DNA of 63,998 nucleotides, the filler included, from an uncultured bacterium (GTDB taxonomy: Bacteria > Auribacterota > CAZIXI01), in NCBI GenBank assembly GCA_964543115.1. It is 4 parts of 4 records of this genome, joined end to end, with 100 filler letters (N's around TTAATTAATTAA, not from the genome) between each part and the next. Parts side by side here need not be neighbours in the genome. Positions count along the whole stretch, not along the records: positions 38,157 to 56,747 come from CAZIXI010000042.1; 3 more parts are not named here. The stretch is one strand, 5' to 3'. Made by a program: the position numbers and the translations under genes. The first letter of the stretch is position 1. Each line of letters opens with the position of its first letter. Of this stretch, positions 38,376-47,569 are shown one piece after another. The notes below the pieces were generated by a model. It was not told where the DNA came from, ran no database searches, and was given only the letters and a program-made list of their open reading frames with translations.

Positions 38376-39263
38376 ATGAGTAAGTTGACTAAGTTGTTTT
38401 CACTTGCCGTTGCTATCGCTTTTGTGTTTGGCGGTATTCCTTACGCGGCAGCGGATACGGTTGATCAGACCTTAACGATCACTGTTACCACAACCACGAT
38501 TACCGGTTATGCTAACTGGACGGCGAATCTGCGTGATGTTGCTACAGGTAATCTTTCCAGTCCGCAGAGTCTTAGCTTCAGTAGTGTTACTGCCGCTACC
38601 TGGACGGTAGCAGATCAGTATGTGCATGTATTACCCAGTTCCAATTACGCGCTTTGGGGCGTTATAGTTTCTTCCGATAACAATAATGCCGCGAGTTCTT
38701 ATTTTGGCATGGCGGCGAAATTGTTAGCGCGCGGTCCCAGTAATCTCTGGGGTAATGCTGATAATTCCGTATCCTATGGTGGGTTGATTGACGCTACCAC
38801 TATGAATAATCCTAACAACAGGGCCACTCTGGCCTGGGCTGTTTATGAAGACAGAGAAACCACCTTGCCGACGATTAATGATTCTTCGCTCTATGGTAAG
38901 GTAGCTTCCGGCGGAAGCATGGTTCCCAGCGCGTCAGCAGATCCCTGGAACGCGGATTGGGCGGCAGTGGTTGATGTGAGCAATCGTACTACCGGTTCTG
39001 CTTCCGGTGTTACCGGTACTGCGGTTAGCGTGGAGCTGGATCCTGACAACGACACGAACACTGTTACCTATTCCACCATTATTCAGGGTGGCGGTGCCAA
39101 CGCGGGGATGAACTATCATCCTCCGGTTTATTCTGGTACCACTTTACAAGGTAAACCTATTGATGCTGATGGTTCAGCTGTTTACCTGGCGGCCCGTTTT
39201 GGCGGTTTAAGTGCCGGTGCTTTTGGCGTTTATAACCTGCGGGTTCAGATGGTGCACGAATAA
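38376..39263 (+). CDS. Secreted beta-rich protein, candidate major fibre subunit
   Basis: Signal peptide, Thr/Ser/Ala-rich; paralog of 40163-41104; ends LRVQMVHE. Confidence 0.7.
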   Translation: MSKLTKLFSLAVAIAFVFGGIPYAAADTVDQTLTITVTTTTITGYANWTANLRDVATGNLSSPQSLSFSSVTAATWTVADQYVHVLPSSNYALWGVIVSSDNNNAASSYFGMAAKLLARGPSNLWGNADNSVSYGGLIDATTMNNPNNRATLAWAVYEDRETTLPTINDSSLYGKVASGGSMVPSASADPWNADWAAVVDVSNRTTGSASGVTGTAVSVELDPDNDTNTVTYSTIIQGGGANAGMNYHPPVYSGTTLQGKPIDADGSAVYLAARFGGLSAGAFGVYNLRVQMVHE

Positions 39264-39277
39264 TTGTTGTTAATTTT

Positions 39278-39309
39278 CTTTCCTCCGCCCCTAACGGGGC
39301 GGAGGAAAG
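39278..39309 (+). terminator. 14-bp intercistronic hairpin (stabiliser or partial terminator)
   Basis: CTTTCCTCCGCCCC-TAAC-GGGGCGGAGGAAAG; no downstream U tract on +. Confidence 0.7.
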
Positions 39310-39346
39310 GGATGTATACGCAACCATAGGGCGAGAAGAGGTTTTA

Positions 39347-40141
39347 ATGAGAGCTAAGGTTATTGTTTGCGGTTTTATTTTATTTTTTGTTCTGGCTTCC
39401 GTCACTGCTGTGGCCGGGGTTGGTATCGATCCCTCTACGGTAGAGATTATGGCTGAGCCGGGCAAGGAGCTGCAGGGCACTTTTAAGGTTAGCAATACCG
39501 GTAGTGCGCAGATGTCCCTGGATGTGGAATTTGAAGATTGGTTTAAGAAAGGAGTGGCACCGGCCAGCTGGCTCAGGGTGGAACCGAAAAAAATTATGAT
39601 TAAATCCGGGGAAACGGTTGAACTGAAATATGTTGTTAATATACCGGCAGTGCCGAAACTTAATGAATATATGGCAATGGTTTTTTTTAACGGCCTGGAA
39701 CAGGGCAGTAACGTAACCGCCGGATTCGGCGTGCCTTTTTATGTGGCGGTGAAGGGCCAGGCAAAAATAGAAGCGGAGATTAAAGAGTTCAGTCTTACGT
39801 ATAAAGAAGGAGAAGGCTTTAGCGGGTATTTGCTGGTGGAAAATAAAGGGAATGTGCATTTACGGCCGGTAATTACGGTAGCGGTGCCTAGTGATAAGCA
39901 GGAACATTTAAAATATTTTACACTTCCTTTAGGGGTGCCGATTCAAGCGGCAAAAGAGAGAAAATTTGAGATTAAAAACGAAAGGTTTTATTTAGAACCG
40001 GGCACATATAAGATAAATATAACCTGTAATTATGGCGATATTTATAACGTGGATAAAAAGGTCGGCAAAACAACGGATTTTGTTATCCCGGCAACAGGAG
40101 AAGCCGTTACAGTGGAGTACAAGGGTGGGAGCGGGAAGTAA
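39347..40141 (+). CDS. Secreted two-Ig-domain protein resembling fimbrial chaperone / DUF916-like proteins
   Basis: GVGIDPSTVEI, FKVSNTG, SWLRVEP, EYMAMVFF, VENKGNVHLRP, PGTYKI. Confidence 0.65.
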   Translation: MRAKVIVCGFILFFVLASVTAVAGVGIDPSTVEIMAEPGKELQGTFKVSNTGSAQMSLDVEFEDWFKKGVAPASWLRVEPKKIMIKSGETVELKYVVNIPAVPKLNEYMAMVFFNGLEQGSNVTAGFGVPFYVAVKGQAKIEAEIKEFSLTYKEGEGFSGYLLVENKGNVHLRPVITVAVPSDKQEHLKYFTLPLGVPIQAAKERKFEIKNERFYLEPGTYKINITCNYGDIYNVDKKVGKTTDFVIPATGEAVTVEYKGGSGK

Positions 40142-40162
40142 AATTTGAGGAGGGATGGCCTG

Positions 40163-41104
40163 ATGAAGTATTTAATCTGTCTGACAGTATTGTTCAGCAT
40201 GATACTTTCGGCCATGTCTCTGTCCGCCGGTCCCAATCTGGAAACCCTTTCCGTAGCGGTGCGTAACTGGGACGGTACCGCCGCTTCGGCGCTGAGTTTT
40301 AATCATACGGCCGCTACGGCTGCTGCCCCCTGGGTGCGTTCCCCGCAGTATTTATTGGTCGGTTATACAACCGATGAAACTACCTGGGGACTAAGGATCT
40401 ATACGGATACCCGCAAGGATGTTAATTCCCTGGTCTATCCGAAACCATTGGCCAAAGTTGATTCTCAATGGCATTGGGAAACATATCCTGTAAATGATCC
40501 ATACCGGATAAATAAGAAATATAAATATATCAGTGGTAATTGGGATGTGGGTAATGACGGCGTCAGTTTTGCCGGCATGATTGATACGGCCTCGATGCAG
40601 AATCCTAATACCCGGGCCATGCTGGCCTGGCAGGTCTGGAAAGACCCGCTGCATCCGGCGGAGCCGGACGCGATTTTTAAACATCCATTTTACAGCTGGT
40701 GGAACGTGGGCACCAATCCATATTATGACGGGACGTTTTATAAGCAATATATATATAAGAATGACTGGGCGCCAATGGCGGATAAGAGTGATAAATGGGG
40801 TGGTAAAAACTCCATTGGCGAAGTTTTTTATAAAACCTGGGATCCTGGTTATGGCGGGGGGCAATATGATACCAAACCGGAGATCTTTTGTAACGGGGCC
40901 AATAATCCGGCCTTTATCGCTTATTTAAGCCAGTATCCGCCGGGGAGTATGACCAATCCGCCGATTAGGGATGCGGATAATACTATTGCCGTTTATTTGG
41001 CCGCCAACTTCTATGAGATGAAGACTGACGGGGTGACGGTGCAGGGGAAATTACCGGGCGGTACGTATAACACAATGATTTATATAGATTTGATCCACGA
41101 ATAA
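40163..41104 (+). CDS. Secreted paralog of 38376-39263, candidate minor fibre subunit
   Basis: Shared GxID..M.NPN.RA.LAW and AVYLAA.F motifs; ends GGTYNTMIYIDLIHE; start at MKYLI with GAGGAGG SD (track 40145). Confidence 0.7.
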   Translation: MKYLICLTVLFSMILSAMSLSAGPNLETLSVAVRNWDGTAASALSFNHTAATAAAPWVRSPQYLLVGYTTDETTWGLRIYTDTRKDVNSLVYPKPLAKVDSQWHWETYPVNDPYRINKKYKYISGNWDVGNDGVSFAGMIDTASMQNPNTRAMLAWQVWKDPLHPAEPDAIFKHPFYSWWNVGTNPYYDGTFYKQYIYKNDWAPMADKSDKWGGKNSIGEVFYKTWDPGYGGGQYDTKPEIFCNGANNPAFIAYLSQYPPGSMTNPPIRDADNTIAVYLAANFYEMKTDGVTVQGKLPGGTYNTMIYIDLIHE

Positions 41105-41117
41105 GGGGTGAACAACC

Positions 41118-44100
41118 ATGAAAAGGGCAGACAAGACACTACGGGTGTTGGTCACCGGACTGCTTTGCCTCGGTCTGCTTGGCCAGCCGGTTTCATTGTC
41201 GGCTTTTGTGTTGGATTTTGATTTGCAAGTCAACGTAAAAGCGGACAAGGACCCTGATCCCACTGTTCCTATTCAATATATTGACCTGCCTGATACCGGC
41301 GGCGGTCTGCTCTGGAAGCCGCAGGTGCCTGACGGAGGCGTTCCTTCCGGACAAACATCTTTAACCGGCGATTACTGGCTGCCGCTGGGAACAACTGTTT
41401 CCCTGGGCGGTAAGACAGCGGCGCAGATTAAGCAAGAGCTGGCTAAACTGAAGGATTTTGCCGGCAGTACGATTGTGCTGGAAATAACCTGGCAGGAATT
41501 CAGCCTCCTGCCCAGCGGCCATTACGATTTTTCTCTGTATGACATTATCCTGGAAGAATTACAGAAAAATAAAATCAGCGCCCTGGTGCTGATAAAGATG
41601 GACGAGTTACCTTCCTGGTTGAGCAGCAATTATCTCAGTTATCATCCTCCCGGGCTGGAGATCGATCCCCAGACCGGTAAACTGATCAATGAACATACCG
41701 TTCCCTGGCCGTCAAAGCGTGCTAGTTACAGCCATCCGCAGGCGGTGCAGGAAGCGGAGAAATTTATTACTCAGCTGGTGGAACGTTACGCCAGCGGAGG
41801 CGGGATGGAGAAGTTCTCACCGGTAATTATCAGCTGGATCCTGGACATGGGTGAGGGCTATATAGACGGGCCGTATAATACTTATATTGGTTATGAAGAT
41901 GAAAGCGTTAAGGCCTACCGTCAGTGGCTGCAAAATAAATATACATCTATTGTTAATCTGAATGTCAAATGGGGCACGATCTATAGCGGTTTTGATAAAG
42001 TGAATATGCCGTCACCATTTTATAAACCAACCCCCTGGGCAACAGAATATAAATATATTACCCGCGATGACGCGGGCTGGTATGATTTGGTGCAGTGGCG
42101 CGAAACCGTTCTTGCCGGCTGGGCCAAGAATCTTATTAATAAAATAATCACTGCTGAAACCAAGTGGCTCAAGAGCGGCGTTAGTCCGCATCTGGTAAGT
42201 ATTCACGCTCCCGGGGAAGAACCGGGTGATGCCGATTGGCGGTATTCCAGTATCGATCCGGCAGAAATAGTTTCTGCCTGTAAAAGCGGTGGTAAATCAT
42301 TACTGAGTTTTTGGGCACTCAGCGGCAAGGTGGATACCAAGGGTAATATTTCTACTCAGTGGCAGTTGGCCCGGGCGCAGGCCCTGACCGGTTTGCCGGT
42401 GCTGATGCTTAAGCTGGGGATTGACAGTGGTCTAGCTAAAACGGTTAAACGCCGGTTATTGACTGCCAATATCTGGCAGTTGATTTACGGCGGGGCGATT
42501 GGCGTGCAGCTGGCGGCAGATCAGCTCGCGCAAGATAGCGCGCAATGGCAGGCGGTTAAGGATGTAGCGGATGTGTTGGATAAGCGGGAAATCAATGTAA
42601 GGGGAAAGGATAATAAAATTAGCAAGAAAAGCTTTACCGGTTACCTGGCCGCTTCCAGCCGTTTGAATAATAATGTCGGTTTCTTAATCGGTGAGGGGCA
42701 GGACACGATTTTTAACCGGGCCGAAGCGGAGATGGCCTGGTTATATAACGGCCTGAAGAGGATAGGATTGTTACCGGGATTTATCAAGGCGGATGATTTT
42801 GTAAATAAAACATATAATAGTAATAAACAGTATCAGGCGGTTCTCCTGGCGCGTAACCAGAAAATGACTGACGCTTTGTTTAATGCGCTGAGTCAGGAAG
42901 ATATCAGGCTGCATGCCAATGCCGATCTGCCGGGATTGCTGGATGAATACGGTGACCCGCGGCATACGCCGCAGGGCGGCGGGCCGGCCTGGGATACCTG
43001 GCGCCTGACGATCTATAATCTTTTCGGGATAGATGCCGACAGCAGCAGGGTTGATCCTGACCTCGAAGACAGTACGCAATTTCACGGTTATGAATCACCG
43101 GCCGGTACACTGAAAAGATTAACCGCCGGATTGACCTCAACCACGCTTAATTTTGACGGCCAGATCGATATGTGGAAAAACCGCGATCAACTGGCCCCCG
43201 GTGTCGCCAATATCCTGGGGAAATTTGCCAACGGTAATCCCGCCCTGGCCATTAAGGACAGAAAGGCCGCGTTGACCGCCTTCGGGATGGGAGACAGCAG
43301 CGGCAGTAAATGGGATTGGGCGGCGCGTTGTTCCTGGTTGGATTTGATCTATAAAAGTAACAGTTATGGTTTTGGCCTCAGTCCGGCAGTTAAGGTTAAG
43401 AACGGCGGCGCGGATATTTGCTCCGAGTTACGTCAGGGAGAAAACGGCTCCACGCTGGTCTATATTTACAATTACAGTGATACCACGGTTCATTCATTAG
43501 AATTGCAGTCTGATCTGTTTAAGGGTATGCGTCTTGGTCTGCTGGTTAAAGGAACCGAACTGGCGGATAAGAGCACTGACGGTGTGGTAAAGAATTTAGT
43601 TATTGGCCCGCGGGAACAGCTATTCATTTTTAGTACCCTGCCGCAGGAACAAAAGCAGGATGATGATCAGAAAAACGATGATGATAAACAGAACAAAGGT
43701 GAAGATGAATCTACTGATGAGAACAGGGATGAGGATTACTATCTGAAGCAGCTGCCGATTGATGAGAATTTCATCTATCATGGTGACGGGCCGATTATTC
43801 ATGATGGTTCAACCACCAATGTGCTGCCGGCGCTGACCCAGGCCACGGATGGCAGCGGCAACGTGTTGATTACTTACAGTATTCTTGATGGCCAGCAGGA
43901 TAGCTGTTCGGTAAGCAGTATTCAGTATCAAGTCACGAATGACAACAATCAATCAGTTAATACTAGCTGGCAAGATCTTCAGGCGGAGAGTGTTACAGGC
44001 AGCCGCCAGGAAATTGGTTCCCGGGTGGATACTAGGGGTAGTGCGCACACACTGGCCTGGACCAATTATAAAGAGTGTATTACTGATACCGTGCTTTCCG

Positions 44101-45512
44101 ATGTGCGTATCCGGCTCAAAGTAAGCGACGGCGCACTGGAGAGTCAGTATGCCTCTTCACCGGCGTTTAATATCGCTGCCAAATGGTATCTGGCTGAAGG
44201 GTCCCCGCATGGATTTGACGAATGGATTTTGATTACAAATCCCAATAATGATATGGTTTATGCCCGGGCCACATTTGTGCGGCCGGACGGCACCACGATT
44301 GAAAGGGATGACCTGACTATCTGGGGTAACAGCCGTTATACATTGCATATCAACGATTTTATTTCTGATCAGCCGGTATCAGCGATTATTGAGTCAATTG
44401 AGGGAGAGGGTATTGTCGTAGAGCGGGCAATGTATTGGGATGTAGACGGTATTCCCTGGGCCGGCGGCCATGTCAATCTTGGTGTAACGGTACCGAGCAC
44501 AAAATGGTATTTTGCCGAGGGCCGGGTGCAAAACGGACGGGCGGGTGATACCAATGACTATTTGGAAAATTTCGATATGTGGCTGTTAATTCTTAATCCA
44601 CAAAATCAGGCCGCGGAACTTAGTGTTAAATTAATTGATGAGTCGGGGACAATGCAGGAGAAGCAATTAAGTGTAGCAGCCCTGAGCCGTTATTCTCTGG
44701 ATGTGAGCAGTTTAGTTACCAGCGGGGCTCTTGCCGTGGAGGTAACCGCGGATAATCAAGTGCCGGTGGTAGTGGAACGGTCCATGTATTGGAACTCCGG
44801 CAACGAGAGATGGATCGGCGGCCATTGCGGCAGCGGGGTTACGGTTCCCAGCCGGACCTGGTATTTTGCCGAAGGGTGTACGGCCGAACGCGGCGCCTAT
44901 ATAGGTGAAAAGTCTTTTGAACTTAATTTTACCGAATGGCTGCTCTTATATAATCCCGGTACACAGACTACTGCTGTAACCATGACTTTTTACAAAGAGG
45001 ATGGATCCATTCTGCGGCGGGAAGTTACCCTGGCCGGTAATCAGCGGGAGACCGTGAAGGTTAATGATATTATTCATAACGACTTATCTTCGGTAAAATT
45101 GGAATCTGCGGAGAGTTTTGTTGCCGAACGCTCCATGTACTGGGATGTTAATGGCATTAACTGGGCCGCGGGCCACAATAGTGCCGGGATTAGTGCCCCC
45201 GGTAAAGTCTGGTATCTGGCTGAAGGAGTAACGGCGGAAGGTTTTGAGCAATGGATACTTCTCTTTAATCCGCAGGAACAGGATGCCGCGGTTACGCTGG
45301 AATTTATCGATAGCTATGGACTGACAACAGAAGAGCAGGTTACCGTCCCGGCGAAAAGCCGACGGTCGGTTTATGTCGCGGATATCATGCCGGAAGATGT
45401 TGTTTCCGCCCGTATCGAAGCTGACCAGAACATTGTTGTTGAGCGCGCCATGTACTGGGACAGCGGTGAATACCGCTGGGTCGGCGGCCACAGCAGCAAA
45501 GCCTTCAGATAA
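41118..45512 (+). CDS. Large secreted protein: GH42-like beta-galactosidase fold, acidic linker, beta domain, four WYxAEG repeats (DUF5719-like)
   Basis: W.E...GHYDFS.YD, AYRQWLQNKYTSIVNLNVKWGT, trimerisation-like YQAVLL...GLLDEYG; repeats WYxAEG...NP...ERxMYW...GGH. Confidence 0.75.
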   Translation: MKRADKTLRVLVTGLLCLGLLGQPVSLSAFVLDFDLQVNVKADKDPDPTVPIQYIDLPDTGGGLLWKPQVPDGGVPSGQTSLTGDYWLPLGTTVSLGGKTAAQIKQELAKLKDFAGSTIVLEITWQEFSLLPSGHYDFSLYDIILEELQKNKISALVLIKMDELPSWLSSNYLSYHPPGLEIDPQTGKLINEHTVPWPSKRASYSHPQAVQEAEKFITQLVERYASGGGMEKFSPVIISWILDMGEGYIDGPYNTYIGYEDESVKAYRQWLQNKYTSIVNLNVKWGTIYSGFDKVNMPSPFYKPTPWATEYKYITRDDAGWYDLVQWRETVLAGWAKNLINKIITAETKWLKSGVSPHLVSIHAPGEEPGDADWRYSSIDPAEIVSACKSGGKSLLSFWALSGKVDTKGNISTQWQLARAQALTGLPVLMLKLGIDSGLAKTVKRRLLTANIWQLIYGGAIGVQLAADQLAQDSAQWQAVKDVADVLDKREINVRGKDNKISKKSFTGYLAASSRLNNNVGFLIGEGQDTIFNRAEAEMAWLYNGLKRIGLLPGFIKADDFVNKTYNSNKQYQAVLLARNQKMTDALFNALSQEDIRLHANADLPGLLDEYGDPRHTPQGGGPAWDTWRLTIYNLFGIDADSSRVDPDLEDSTQFHGYESPAGTLKRLTAGLTSTTLNFDGQIDMWKNRDQLAPGVANILGKFANGNPALAIKDRKAALTAFGMGDSSGSKWDWAARCSWLDLIYKSNSYGFGLSPAVKVKNGGADICSELRQGENGSTLVYIYNYSDTTVHSLELQSDLFKGMRLGLLVKGTELADKSTDGVVKNLVIGPREQLFIFSTLPQEQKQDDDQKNDDDKQNKGEDESTDENRDEDYYLKQLPIDENFIYHGDGPIIHDGSTTNVLPALTQATDGSGNVLITYSILDGQQDSCSVSSIQYQVTNDNNQSVNTSWQDLQAESVTGSRQEIGSRVDTRGSAHTLAWTNYKECITDTVLSDVRIRLKVSDGALESQYASSPAFNIAAKWYLAEGSPHGFDEWILITNPNNDMVYARATFVRPDGTTIERDDLTIWGNSRYTLHINDFISDQPVSAIIESIEGEGIVVERAMYWDVDGIPWAGGHVNLGVTVPSTKWYFAEGRVQNGRAGDTNDYLENFDMWLLILNPQNQAAELSVKLIDESGTMQEKQLSVAALSRYSLDVSSLVTSGALAVEVTADNQVPVVVERSMYWNSGNERWIGGHCGSGVTVPSRTWYFAEGCTAERGAYIGEKSFELNFTEWLLLYNPGTQTTAVTMTFYKEDGSILRREVTLAGNQRETVKVNDIIHNDLSSVKLESAESFVAERSMYWDVNGINWAAGHNSAGISAPGKVWYLAEGVTAEGFEQWILLFNPQEQDAAVTLEFIDSYGLTTEEQVTVPAKSRRSVYVADIMPEDVVSARIEADQNIVVERAMYWDSGEYRWVGGHSSKAFR

Positions 45513-45588
45513 TTCCTCAGCACTTCACTTAAAAAATCAGCTAAACTTCACATTAAAGCCTTAGGCTTCAGTGTGAAGTTTTTTATTG

Positions 45589-47562
45589 TCAATCTGTGTC
45601 TACGCGGTGGGGCTTCAGCTGCATAAGATAGGGGGGATTGATGTAACCCAACTCTGCTGCCCGGTCAGCGTATTCAATTGCCTGCTTATAATTGCCTTTC
45701 TCGAAATAGAGCCGGGACAGTTTGTAGCAGGCCATGGTGTATTCGGGATCAATTTCCACTGCTTTTCTTAAAGAATCAATTGCCTCCTTTTTCTTGCCGT
45801 AATCTGAGTAAAGATTTCCGAGATTATAATAGGTTTTGCTATAGGAAGGATCAACGGCCAGGGCCTGTTGAAAAAATGAAACTGCCGCGTCATATTCACC
45901 GGTGATTTTGTAGAGGTTGCCCAGATTGTTATAAGCGGCGGTATATTCCGGATCTAGTTCGATTACTTTATGAAATGTGCTGATGGCGGCCGGGGCGTTC
46001 CTCTCGCTGATATAAGCATTGCCCAGGTTGAATAATGCCTCGACAGATTCCGGGTCGAGCTGCAGTGCCTGCTGATAGTTCTTGATTGCTTCTTGAGAAT
46101 TGCCGGTTTTGTTATAAATATTACCAAGGTTGACATAGGCCTCGATAAAATCCGGGTCCTTTTCCAGTGTCATAAAATAGAATTGAGCCGCATCTTCCAG
46201 CTTGCCCGTTTTTTTCAGTTCGTTGCCGAGATTGTAGTAGCCGTCAATATGATCGGAATTGTGATAGACCGCTTTGGTGAAGGCGTCAATGGCTTCTTCA
46301 TGTCTTTCCTCTTTGCTGTAAATAATGCCCAGGTTATCTTGTACCCGCCAGCTGGTTGGCGCATAGCGGCGGGTATATTCAAAAAAGGTCAGCGGGTTTT
46401 TCCAGGTGGTATTCTGTCTGATGGTCAGCAGGGAGAAGAAGGTGATGAGGAAAACAGTAAGGATCATTGCCGGGTCGCGCCAGCGGACGCGCCGGTAGCA
46501 GGAGGATAATCCTTTTGCCAGCAGGAGGAAGAAACCCAGTGAGGGGAGGTAGAGCCAATGTTCAGCCATATAGGCATTGATTGGGTAAAGATTGGAGACT
46601 GGTAAGAGAGCAGTAAAAAACCAGATAATAGAAAATGTTATTAGTTGAAAGGAATTCCGATATTTCCAGGCAAGGAAAAAAAGAAACACAAAGAGCAGAA
46701 TGCCGATTATTATTCTTGGCTGTGCAAAAGAATAAGTTTGCATGCCGTGTTCCATATGCAGGGGATAGGGGAAAAAGAGCATTTTACAATAGTTGGTGAG
46801 GGCGCGAAATATTCCGGGCAGTCTTTCCAGCAATAACGTGGGCGGGGGCTCGTTCCCGAGGATGGTTGTGTGTTTAAGGATTGTTAAACGCAGGCCGATA
46901 TAGATAAAGGCCAGGATAAACTGGGGAGCCAATAATAACCAGTTAACGCGTTTTTTTAAGACGAAGTGATAACATAGAAGCAGGAGGAGGGGTAAAATCA
47001 GGCTGTTTTCCCGGGAGAGTAAACTCAGGAGATAGCAGAGGATTACTGCCAGGTAGGAGCCGATCGTTTGTTTTTGATTATATTTAATGTAGAAGATAAA
47101 TGCCAGGAGAACAAAGAGACTGCCCAGGGGATCAGTGCGGCCGGAGATATAGGTAACCGCTTCCGTGTGTATGGGATGAACGACAAAGAACAGCGCGGTC
47201 AGCAGGGAGAGCCGGCGGTCACTGAAAAGAATAGTGATCAGCCAATAGATGCAGAGGGCGGCAAGGATGTGTAAAATAATATTAGTCAGGTGATAACCGA
47301 TAGTATTCAGGTCCCAGCAGGAGTAATCCAGCATGTAGGTAAATATCTGCAGAGGGCGATAAAAATAATATGATATGCTGGCGCCGCTGCCGATATCCTT
47401 GGCGAATATCTGAGGCAGGTTGGTCCAGGTTTGAATAAGTTGGTTATTTTTTACCAGGTAAATATCATCCCAGACAAATTCGCCCAGGAGGGAATTAGCG
47501 TAGACTACCAGCCCTAAGATACTGATCAGCAGGATGGCGCTCAGCGTTTTATTTTGTGCCAT
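45589..47562 (-). CDS. TMTC-like membrane glycosyltransferase with C-terminal TPRs
   Basis: FVWDD, YRPL, GYHLTNIILH, HPIHTEAVTYISGR, AEHWLYLPS, QNTTWKN, TPR array. Confidence 0.88.
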   Translation of the reverse strand: MAQNKTLSAILLISILGLVVYANSLLGEFVWDDIYLVKNNQLIQTWTNLPQIFAKDIGSGASISYYFYRPLQIFTYMLDYSCWDLNTIGYHLTNIILHILAALCIYWLITILFSDRRLSLLTALFFVVHPIHTEAVTYISGRTDPLGSLFVLLAFIFYIKYNQKQTIGSYLAVILCYLLSLLSRENSLILPLLLLLCYHFVLKKRVNWLLLAPQFILAFIYIGLRLTILKHTTILGNEPPPTLLLERLPGIFRALTNYCKMLFFPYPLHMEHGMQTYSFAQPRIIIGILLFVFLFFLAWKYRNSFQLITFSIIWFFTALLPVSNLYPINAYMAEHWLYLPSLGFFLLLAKGLSSCYRRVRWRDPAMILTVFLITFFSLLTIRQNTTWKNPLTFFEYTRRYAPTSWRVQDNLGIIYSKEERHEEAIDAFTKAVYHNSDHIDGYYNLGNELKKTGKLEDAAQFYFMTLEKDPDFIEAYVNLGNIYNKTGNSQEAIKNYQQALQLDPESVEALFNLGNAYISERNAPAAISTFHKVIELDPEYTAAYNNLGNLYKITGEYDAAVSFFQQALAVDPSYSKTYYNLGNLYSDYGKKKEAIDSLRKAVEIDPEYTMACYKLSRLYFEKGNYKQAIEYADRAAELGYINPPYLMQLKPHRVDTD

Positions 47563-47569
47563 AGCCTTT

